From Myxococcota bacterium (GTDB lineage: Bacteria; Myxococcota_A; UBA9160; UBA6930): a stretch of 64,000 bases of DNA. This document shows, piece by piece, positions 56,941-64,000 of this stretch. The notes below the pieces were generated by a model. The model was not told the origin of the DNA and ran no database searches. It saw only the letters and a list, made by a program, of their open reading frames with translations. How positions within the stretch are numbered: the first letter of the stretch is position 1; each line of letters begins with the position of its first letter. The position numbers were made by a program, and so were the translations under genes. The DNA lies in NCBI GenBank assembly GCA_965223705.1, contig OZ245015.1:1824001-1888000 (forward strand), written 5' to 3'.

Positions 56941-58749
56941 ATGGCTTCCTTCGGCGAATTGTGGTCCATGACGAAGACTCTGGCGCGCGCGGTCCGTTCG
57001 AAACCGCTCGATGAAGACGTGGCGATGTCCCTCGGCCAGCTCGTGGCCGACAACGCCGCGGCATTTCCCGAACGCCATTTCTTGTCGTGTGAAGGTGAAG
57101 AACTCACATGGCACGAATTCAACGCGCGTGCGAATCGCTACGCTCACAAGCTCCGGGGCGAGGGTGTCGCGCAGGGCGACGCGGTCGCTCTCATGGTCGA
57201 AAATCGGACCGAGTTCCTGACCGCGCTGATCGGCATCGTCAAAGTCGGTGCGGTCGCCGGTTTGATCAACACGCACCAGCGGCGCGATGTCCTACGCCAT
57301 TCGATCAACCTCGTCGAAGCCAAGCAGCTCATCGTCGGGGCTGAATGTCTCGACGCTGTGGCGGAAGTGCGGGAAGGGCTCGATATCGACGCCGGGGCGA
57401 CGCTCGTCATTCCCGATGGGCAGGATGTCCAAGCTCCCGCCTGGGCGACGCTCTTTCACAGCGCGACGGATGGCGGCCCGACAGGCGACCCTCCTGAGAC
57501 ACGGGGCGTCAGGCAACGCGATCCGTGCTTTCTCGTCTTCACTTCGGGGACGACCGGGCTCCCCAAGGCCGCGGTGGTGCGCAACGGGCGGTTGTTCCGA
57601 GCGATGGAGGGCTACGGGAAGATCTGCCTCAACGTCGGGCCCGACGATCGTCTCTACAACTGCCTCCCGCTGTACCACTCGACGGGCCTCATCGTCGGTT
57701 TCGGATCGATCGCGTACGGGGGCGCTTCGATGTTTCTCCGCCGACGCTTTTCGGCGTCGCGTTTTCTGCCCGAGGCCCGCGAACAGGGCACCAACACGTT
57801 CATCTACGTCGGGGAGCTGTGCCGTTACCTCATGAGTCAGCCGGAAGGCCCGGACGATGCGAACAACCCGGTGGTTCGCGCGATCGGAAACGGTCTTCGA
57901 CCGGATATTTGGATGGGCTTCAAACGCCGTCTGGGCATTGAAGAGGTGTATGAAATCTACGGCGCGTCGGAGGGCAACGCGGGCTTCGTGAACGCGTTCA
58001 ACAAGGATCGCACGATCGGTTTCGGCGTCACGCCCCACGTGCTCGTTCGCTATGACGTGGACCGCGACGAGATCGTGCGCGATGAAAACGGCCGTTGCCT
58101 CGAGGTCGAGGCCGGCCAGCCGGGGCTCTTGTTGACCGAGATTTCCGACAAGGCCCGCTTCGACGGCTACACCGACCCCGCTGCCAGTGAAAAGAAGCTC
58201 GTTCGCGGTGTGCTGAAGCCCGACGACGTGTACTTCAATACAGGCGATCTCATCCGGCAGATCGACGTCGGTTTTGCGTTCGGGCGCGTGCACTATCAGT
58301 TCGTCGACCGAACGGGCGACACGTTCCGCTGGAAGGGCGAGAACTGCTCGACGAACGAAGTGGCGGAAGTCCTCAACGGCGCCCCGCAAATCGCGACGGC
58401 GAACGTCTACGGGGTGCAGCTGCCCGGGTGCGACGGTCGAGCCGGAATGGCGACGATCACCCTCGAAGACGCGAAGGAAGGCGTGGAAGACGCCGACTGG
58501 GCCGGGCTCAGCGCCTACCTCGAGGAGCGGCTGCCACCGTACGCGCGCCCGGTTTTTCTGCGCGTCGTAGCGCAGCAACCGAGCACCGAGACGTTCAAAC
58601 TTCAGAAGACGAAGCTGCGCGAAGAGGCCTACCACCCTGCGCGCGTCGACGGCGACCCGATTCTGGTGCAGCTGCCCGGCTCCAAGGTGTACGAGCCCAT
58701 GTCCGACGCGGTCTATCGCTCCATCGAGTCAGCGGGCGCTGGGTTCTAG
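56941..58749 (+). CDS. long-chain acyl-CoA synthetase (FATP-like)
   Basis: FTSGTTGLPKAA, LPLYHS, YVGELCRYL, GNGLRPDIW, DRTGDTFRWKGENCST.EV. Confidence 0.95.
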   Translation: MASFGELWSMTKTLARAVRSKPLDEDVAMSLGQLVADNAAAFPERHFLSCEGEELTWHEFNARANRYAHKLRGEGVAQGDAVALMVENRTEFLTALIGIVKVGAVAGLINTHQRRDVLRHSINLVEAKQLIVGAECLDAVAEVREGLDIDAGATLVIPDGQDVQAPAWATLFHSATDGGPTGDPPETRGVRQRDPCFLVFTSGTTGLPKAAVVRNGRLFRAMEGYGKICLNVGPDDRLYNCLPLYHSTGLIVGFGSIAYGGASMFLRRRFSASRFLPEAREQGTNTFIYVGELCRYLMSQPEGPDDANNPVVRAIGNGLRPDIWMGFKRRLGIEEVYEIYGASEGNAGFVNAFNKDRTIGFGVTPHVLVRYDVDRDEIVRDENGRCLEVEAGQPGLLLTEISDKARFDGYTDPAASEKKLVRGVLKPDDVYFNTGDLIRQIDVGFAFGRVHYQFVDRTGDTFRWKGENCSTNEVAEVLNGAPQIATANVYGVQLPGCDGRAGMATITLEDAKEGVEDADWAGLSAYLEERLPPYARPVFLRVVAQQPSTETFKLQKTKLREEAYHPARVDGDPILVQLPGSKVYEPMSDAVYRSIESAGAGF

Positions 58750-58764
58750 CCCGCGTCGGTACGC

Positions 58765-59934
58765 ATGAAAGCGATCGTTCTCGACGGAGAGACCCGCGCC
58801 GCTCTGGCGGTAACGCGGTCTCTCGGCCGAGCGGGTGTCGACGTGACGGTTCTGGCCAGTGAGGCCCGCTCGCTCGCGAGTTCTTCTCGGTATGCCGCCA
58901 GGTCCCACCGTGTTCCCGATCCCAATGACGAGCCAGAGAGGTTCTGCGACGCGCTCCGCGCCTACTGCCGCGAGAGAGAACCCGCCGTGTGGCTGCCGCT
59001 CACCGACGCGAGCCTGACGTTGGTTTCAGCGATTCGCGGGTCGCTCGTCGGGGCCGCGTTGCCCTTTCCGGAGGACCACGCGCTCGCTGCGGCCTGGAAC
59101 AAGGAAGAAACGCTCCGGGTCTCCGCGGCCGCCGGGTTGGCGACTCCGCGCTACGACGTGCTCAGGTCGCGGCGCGATGCAGAAGCCGCGGCGGTAACCC
59201 ACGAATTCCCCGTCGTGTTGAAGCCGCGTTTCTCGCGCTGGCGCGCGCCGGACGGCTCGCTCCGGACCGGAACCGTGGCCCGGGTGGAGCGCGCGGAGGA
59301 CCTCGTACCCGCCTGGGAGAAGCTCCACGAGGGGATCCCCGATCCCCTCCTCCAACCGTTTATTCCCGGCTCGGGCATGGGTGTCTTTGCGCTCGCCGAG
59401 CGCGGCCATGTGGTCGCGACCTGCGCGCACCGCCGTTTGCGAGAGTTTCCGCCGAGCGGCGGCGTGAGCGTCTTGCGCGAATCGGTCCCGGTTCCGGAGG
59501 TTTTAGGACGAGCGACCACTGCGCTCCTCGAATCGCTGGCGTGGCACGGGGTGGCGATGCTCGAGTTTCGCGTCGACGCGCGCGACGGAACGCCTTTCGT
59601 CATGGAGATCAATCCCCGCTTTTGGGGCTCCCTTCAACTGGCGATCGACGCGGGCCTCGATTTCCCGCACTTGGTTTACCGTTTGGCCTGTGGCGAGCAC
59701 CTCGAGGGGCCGCTCACGGCGCGAACCGGTGTGCGAAGTCGTTGGATCCTCGGAGACCTGAACCATCTCTGGCTACGTTTGAAGGGCGACACGGACTCCG
59801 CCGGGACGACCCTGGGGCGCGCGTTTCTCGCGTTTCTCAACCCATTTGCCGGTCGACCTGAAGTGTGGCGCGCGAACGATGTCGGTCCTGGGTTCCACGA
59901 ACTGAAACTCTACGTGAGAGACCTCTTCCGGTGA
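58765..59934 (+). CDS. ATP-grasp domain protein (polysaccharide-modification associated)
   Basis: RSLGRAG, SSRY, FPVVLKPR, HRRLRE.P..GG.S, MLEFR.D, MEINPRFWGSL. Confidence 0.88.
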   Translation: MKAIVLDGETRAALAVTRSLGRAGVDVTVLASEARSLASSSRYAARSHRVPDPNDEPERFCDALRAYCREREPAVWLPLTDASLTLVSAIRGSLVGAALPFPEDHALAAAWNKEETLRVSAAAGLATPRYDVLRSRRDAEAAAVTHEFPVVLKPRFSRWRAPDGSLRTGTVARVERAEDLVPAWEKLHEGIPDPLLQPFIPGSGMGVFALAERGHVVATCAHRRLREFPPSGGVSVLRESVPVPEVLGRATTALLESLAWHGVAMLEFRVDARDGTPFVMEINPRFWGSLQLAIDAGLDFPHLVYRLACGEHLEGPLTARTGVRSRWILGDLNHLWLRLKGDTDSAGTTLGRAFLAFLNPFAGRPEVWRANDVGPGFHELKLYVRDLFR

Positions 59935-61025
59935 CTGACGCCCACGTTCTCAACATGATCGAAACGAGCGGGCCGGGCGGTGCGGAACGCGTGCTGATCA
60001 ATATCGCCGGGACCCTGATGCGCGATCCGGGTTTTCGATCGAGCGCAATTCTGCAGCGGGAAGGGTGGGTCGCGACGGAGCTTCGCGCGCAGGGCATCGA
60101 GCCGCGATTCCTGCAGCTTCGGCACATGCTCGATCTCGGTTTTGTTCGCCGAGTCGTCTCCCAGGTGAAGCGGGAACAGGTCGGTCTGATCCACGCTCAT
60201 GAGTTCGGAATGAATGTCCACGGCGCGCTGATCGCGCGCCTGGCGGGGATTCCCGCGATTGCGACGGTTCACGGCCGTACGTACTACGGCGACAACACGC
60301 GCCGCATTCTCGCGATGAGGGCGCTCCGGCGGTTGGGTGCGACGGTGGTCGCCGTGTCCGCCGACATTCGAGATCTCCTGGAACAGCTCGGGGTGCGCGA
60401 CGTGCGGGTGATCGCGAACGGGATCGATCTCTCGGTGTACGAGAACGTGGACGCTCTGCCCCGAGAAGCCCTCGGGCTCCCCGCGGACGCCAAGGTGATC
60501 GGCGCCGTGGGAAACCTCTACGAAGTCAAAGGCCACCGCGTCTTGGTCGAGGCACTCGCCGCGTGCGGTCGATCGGACCTCCACGCTGTCATCGCCGGGC
60601 GGGGAGACGAGGAGGAGCCCCTACGGCGGCTCGCCGAGGAGCGACATGTCGCCGACCGCGTGCATCTCTTGGGCTTCCGATCGGACGTGCCCGCGCTTCT
60701 CAAGACGTTCGACGTGTACACACTGCCCTCGTTTTCAGAGGGGCAATCGCTGGCATTGATGGAGGCGATGGCAGCGAGCTCCGCCATTGTCGCGACCGAC
60801 GTCGGAGGGAACTCCGAAATCGTACGGACCGGGCGCGAGGGTGTCCTGGTGCCGGCGGGGGATCCCGAAGCTTTAGCTCGCGCGATCGAGCGGCTGGTCG
60901 ATTCTCCCGAGGAAGGGACGCGCTACGGGGAGGCGGCGCACGCGCGCGCGCGCGCGGAGTTCAGCTTGGACGCCATGATCGCGGCGTACCGCGCGCTCTA
61001 CCGAGAGCGGGGCGTCACGGATTAG
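59931..61025 (+). CDS. glycosyltransferase family 4
   Basis: GGAER, I.NGID, KGH, LGFRSDV, EG....LMEAMA. Confidence 0.92.
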   Translation: MTDAHVLNMIETSGPGGAERVLINIAGTLMRDPGFRSSAILQREGWVATELRAQGIEPRFLQLRHMLDLGFVRRVVSQVKREQVGLIHAHEFGMNVHGALIARLAGIPAIATVHGRTYYGDNTRRILAMRALRRLGATVVAVSADIRDLLEQLGVRDVRVIANGIDLSVYENVDALPREALGLPADAKVIGAVGNLYEVKGHRVLVEALAACGRSDLHAVIAGRGDEEEPLRRLAEERHVADRVHLLGFRSDVPALLKTFDVYTLPSFSEGQSLALMEAMAASSAIVATDVGGNSEIVRTGREGVLVPAGDPEALARAIERLVDSPEEGTRYGEAAHARARAEFSLDAMIAAYRALYRERGVTD

Positions 61026-62496
61026 CGCGCTCGCGGATGCGCCAGATGTCGAGACGGCGGACATGGCGGTCGACCCGACGCGCCCAACGCGTCTCCATTT
61101 TTTGCGCGTTCGCGATCAGCCAGTTCTCGAGGCCCCGTGCGTAGCCGCGGCGGCCGACTTCGTAGACGAACCAGGTCGCCGGACTCCTGTCGAGCTCTTC
61201 GGACCACGGGTATTCCGCGTCCCAGACTTCGCTTCGGTAGTCGGAGATGGTGACCTCATCGCCAAATCGCAGCTCGATGTTGGTCTCGACGATGTCGCCC
61301 TTGGAAGCGCGATCGACCACGTACGCGTAGGCCGCCGCGTACGAGATGGCCGACCGCTCGATGAAGTAGGACGCTGTTGCGGGCAGTGATGCTGCGACCA
61401 GCAGGCCGAGCGGGGCGAGAGCCCCGATGGATCCGACGGTTTTCCTCGTCTCATCGTAGATTCCGCCGCAACACATGCCCGCGGACAGGTAGAACCACGG
61501 AAAGGCGACCGTCACGTAGCGCGGCACGACATTCATCAGGTACCCAGCGATCGCCAGGACGGGAAGAGTCACCCCGACAGCGATGAGGGCGAGCGCGGCC
61601 ACGTGGCGGTCCGCACGGCGCCACAGCCACCAGAGGCCGAACCCGACGGCGGCCGTCACCGCGAGCGTCAGGTGATCGAGGGTGAGGACCGGGATCTGGC
61701 GCCACGGCGGTGTCTTCCAGGGCTCGTACCCGAGCCACACCGAGAAGAGGCGGATGACGATCGGCGAGGCCGCGAGCGCTCCGACCGCGCCGAGCCCCAA
61801 GCTGATGGCGAAGGTCTTCCGCACGCGCGGCTCCGGCACGAGGGCGTCGAGCCGGAGCGCGAGCAGGCAGTAGAGACCGGTGATCACGAGCGAGAGCGAG
61901 GCCACGAAGTGACTGCTCGTCGCCGCTGCGGCGCACACCAACGCGAGAATCCAGTCGCGGAGGTTCGCATGGCGCAGATACCGGAGGAAGAAGCCGAAGT
62001 GGAGCGAGCCGAAGAGAAAGACGGTCGCGTAGTAGCGGGCGAACTGTGAGATCTCGACGTGGAACGCGCTCACGCAAACGAGCGCCGTACCGCAGGTCGC
62101 GCCGACACGGCCGATCGCCTGACGCGCGAACCAGTAGAACGCGAACAGGCCGAGGATCCCCGAAATGATGGCCGGGAGCCGACCGGCCCAGGCGCGATCG
62201 AGGGGGAGCTCGAGGAAGACGCGGGTGATGTAGTAATAGAGCGAGAACAGACCGCGGGCACCGGGATTTTCCAGCGCGGTCGCCAAGGTGATCGGCTCGT
62301 CGCCCCGGATGTCCCACGTGCCGGCTCCGTAGACGCGCAAGATCGCGCCGACGACCAGCGCGCCTACGAGGACAAGCGTGATGATGACCTCGCGCCGCTC
62401 TCCCGTTTCGGCGGCGGCTCCCGGGTGTGACTGACTCAAGCTCGTGGGCCTCGTGCGGTGGATAGGCAGCACAGCGGACGCTCGCCGGCGCCGCAA
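61015..62496 (-). CDS. membrane glycosyltransferase (GT39/ArnT-PMT-like)
   Basis: LR.......I..DE, RLP....G, SQFARYY; many TM segments; start uncertain. Confidence 0.8.
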   Translation of the reverse strand: MRRRRASAVLPIHRTRPTSLSQSHPGAAAETGERREVIITLVLVGALVVGAILRVYGAGTWDIRGDEPITLATALENPGARGLFSLYYYITRVFLELPLDRAWAGRLPAIISGILGLFAFYWFARQAIGRVGATCGTALVCVSAFHVEISQFARYYATVFLFGSLHFGFFLRYLRHANLRDWILALVCAAAATSSHFVASLSLVITGLYCLLALRLDALVPEPRVRKTFAISLGLGAVGALAASPIVIRLFSVWLGYEPWKTPPWRQIPVLTLDHLTLAVTAAVGFGLWWLWRRADRHVAALALIAVGVTLPVLAIAGYLMNVVPRYVTVAFPWFYLSAGMCCGGIYDETRKTVGSIGALAPLGLLVAASLPATASYFIERSAISYAAAYAYVVDRASKGDIVETNIELRFGDEVTISDYRSEVWDAEYPWSEELDRSPATWFVYEVGRRGYARGLENWLIANAQKMETRWARRVDRHVRRLDIWRIRERANP

Positions 62497-62602
62497 CCGC
62501 AGCTTCGGTGAATTCCTCTACCTTCGTAGAAAGAAACGATCTTTCCAGTCAAGTGCGAAATAGGTCAGGACGATGGGTTTTTCACCACGCAGGAGCTGTG
62601 TG

Positions 62603-62690
62603 CTCCTCGAAGAGGCAAACCTGTGGAAACGCAGGGACGCAAAGCCGTTGCCCTCGCTCTGTGCAGGGTCGAACGGCCGTCGAAGGGAGA
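62603..62690 (+). ncRNA. c-di-GMP-I (GEMM-I) family riboswitch aptamer
   Basis: CG-AAGA-GGCAAAC-CTGTG-GAAA-CGCAG-GGACGCAAAGCC core; second helix GCCGTT/AACGGC and GCCCT/AGGGT; P1 closes with CG..GGGAG. Confidence 0.8.
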
Positions 62691-62694
62691 ACGG

Positions 62695-62781
62695 ATGCCT
62701 TTTTTGCTCCTGGGCCTGCTCGGCCTGCTCGGCCTGACGCTCGCGGGTTCTCGCTATGCGGAGCTCACGACGCGCCGCTAG
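62695..62781 (+). CDS. 28-aa hydrophobic peptide downstream of the riboswitch
   Basis: MPFLLLGLLGLLGLTLAGSRYAELTTRR*; AAGGGAGA RBS 4 nt upstream, overlapping the riboswitch P1. Confidence 0.5.
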   Translation: MPFLLLGLLGLLGLTLAGSRYAELTTRR

Positions 62782-62793
62782 CGACCGCGCCGA

Positions 62794-63807
62794 CTACGCC
62801 TTCGCCGGAATCCACGGGGACACGTACACGCGTACGGAGCCACCGATGCCCTTGAGGTCGTCGGCGTCGATCAACATGCGAAACGAGTGGAAGAGATCCG
62901 GGTTCGACACTTCGGTCTCGTCCAGAACCGGTTGGGTGGCCACGATGCCGGCCGCCGGCGCGAGTTTGAGAATCCGCGAAGCCCGTGGGACACAGGGGCC
63001 GATCAAACCGACCCCGCGGCGAAAGCGGCTGCCCACCATGCCGACGACGACACGACCGTGATCGAGTGAAAGCCTCGGGAGCGGCAACGCGGGGTTCTTG
63101 TCGCGCAGGGCGACCAACCGACGGCGCATTTCGAACGCGGCAGGGACGGCCTCTCCGGGACCTTCGAAATAGAGCAGGGCGCCATCTCCTTCGAAGTCGT
63201 GGACGTCGCCGCAGTGGTAGACGCCGATCTCCGCGACGGTCTCCATGAACTCCTGAACCAGCGCGAGCACGTCGGGCGGCTCGAGTTCCATGACCAGCGG
63301 TGTCGAGTCGACCATGTCGACGAACAGCACCGTCAGGTCGCGCTGAAACGGAAGCTCGCGCCCGTGGAGGAACGAGCGATCTTCGAGGCTCGAGAGAAAC
63401 GGGTCGCCGCCCCCGGCATCGAGCTCCGGAGGCGAGTCGCCCGCCACCCAGGTGTACGAATCGCGGCGGCTCGCGTCGACGTTGGGTGTGTCCTGTCCCG
63501 CGAGGGCCCATGCGGAATAGCCGCCCGCGAGGACCGCGACGTCTCGGTAACCCAGGCTGAGGAGGAGCCGCGCCACGCGCGAGCTTGAAGACTCGCCGCT
63601 TCAGAGGCAGTACGCGACGATCGGCGTGCCCCGATCGATGTCGGGCAGCAGGATCGGATCGTCGTCGAGAAAAATCGGGACCGCATTCGGCAAACCCTTG
63701 GGCAGCTCCTCGAAGCCTTTCCGTCGCCGGACATCGAGCACCAGAGGTGCGTCGCTCGAGGCGAGCATCGGAGCCAGCAGGGCCGGCGTGAGGGTGTGGA
63801 TCGACAT
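62794..63807 (-). CDS. rhodanese-class III nucleotide cyclase fusion, probable selenoprotein (UGA at 63601-63603)
   Basis: ORFs 63601-63807 and 62794-63576 are in the same frame, separated only by TGA. Read-through gives LDVRR...IVAYCL-U-SGESSSSRVARLL..LGY.DV..LAGGY.AW (complete rhodanese fold), then LFVDMVDST...GDG...G...G...ASR (cyclase). Confidence 0.8.
63566..63585 (-). promoter_or_regulatory. putative bacterial SECIS hairpin
   Basis: At +16 to +35 after the UGA: AGC-U(bulge)-CGCGC-GUG(loop)-GCGCG-GCU, with the apical loop starting GU at +25. Confidence 0.55.
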
Positions 63808-63854
63808 GTTTTCTCCTCCCCGGAACGGTAGCGGTCCGCGCTACGCTCCGGCCT

Positions 63855-64000
63855 ATGCGCAGGTTTTTTGCCGCTGTTCTCGCCATCGCCTTCCCGGTAG
63901 CCGCTCCGGCCGTCGATTTTCCGATCGAAGACGCCGAAGTGCGTTCGTGCATCGATCGCTCTCTGCCCGAAAAAGCGATGACGCAGGAAATCGAGGTCCA
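63855..64000 (+). CDS. secreted protein, 5' partial (possibly LolA-like lipoprotein-sorting family)
   Basis: MRRFFAAVLAIAFPVAAPA signal peptide, then ...EVRSCIDRSLPEKAMTQEIEV; open to the window edge. Confidence 0.55.
   Translation, partial: MRRFFAAVLAIAFPVAAPAVDFPIEDAEVRSCIDRSLPEKAMTQEIEV

Noticed and set aside
62612..62616. Riboswitch as a G20A (Geobacter-type cGAMP) variant
   Set aside because: Numbering against Vc2 shows G20 is the first G of GGCAAAC and is retained; the preceding A is position 19.
63601..63807. Separate 68-aa gene, or a simple nonsense pseudogene
   Set aside because: The stop is TGA exactly at a Cys-equivalent active-site position, with a SECIS-like hairpin and an otherwise intact frame. 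Pseudogene status is not excluded but is less parsimonious.
1..64000. CRISPR array, rRNA, intact transposase or integrase
   Set aside because: No regularly spaced repeat-spacer array, rRNA-like sequence or intact mobile-element enzyme was seen by eye.

Overview
GC-rich bacterial chromosomal window with dense coding on both strands. A deltaproteobacterial-type host such as Myxococcota or Binatota is a guess from gene content and is not established. (1) 1-9.9 kb is a general-stress gene cluster: general stress protein, PilZ, ExoD, UspA, catalase, Pmp3, CsbD, PRC-barrel, BON lipoprotein, and several small ORFs missed by the ORF track, including a metallothionein. Ten sigma54-type -24/-12 promoters lie in front of these genes. 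(2) 9.9-16.9 kb is an accessory block ending at tRNA-Val(CAC). It holds a degenerate serine recombinase, five full or truncated copies of one membrane-anchored protein family, an SRA-like/PD-(D/E)XK nuclease and an HNH-like protein. (3) 17-27.8 kb carries a Tat-exported GMC oxidoreductase pair, a pentapeptide-repeat protein and a complete propane-monooxygenase-type soluble di-iron monooxygenase operon (prmABCD plus a GroEL-like chaperonin). It is followed by an unusual ATPase-TM-DUF2061-like fusion. (4) 27.8-62.5 kb contains acyl-CoA and redox metabolism, a broken ABC/phosphotransferase/alginate-export cluster, a Cpx-like two-component system with a CpxR-type box, tRNA-Arg(CCG), collagen-like and DUF1554 secreted proteins, an ECF sigma/YCII pair and glycosyltransferases. 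(5) 62.6-63.8 kb is the most striking part. A c-di-GMP-I (GEMM)-type riboswitch with a variant binding pocket precedes an unannotated 28-aa hydrophobic ORF. That ORF converges on a rhodanese-class III nucleotide cyclase fusion split by one in-frame UGA in a C-x-U motif with a SECIS-like hairpin, i.e. a probable selenoprotein cyclase. Family assignments come from motif recognition by eye; no database searches were run.
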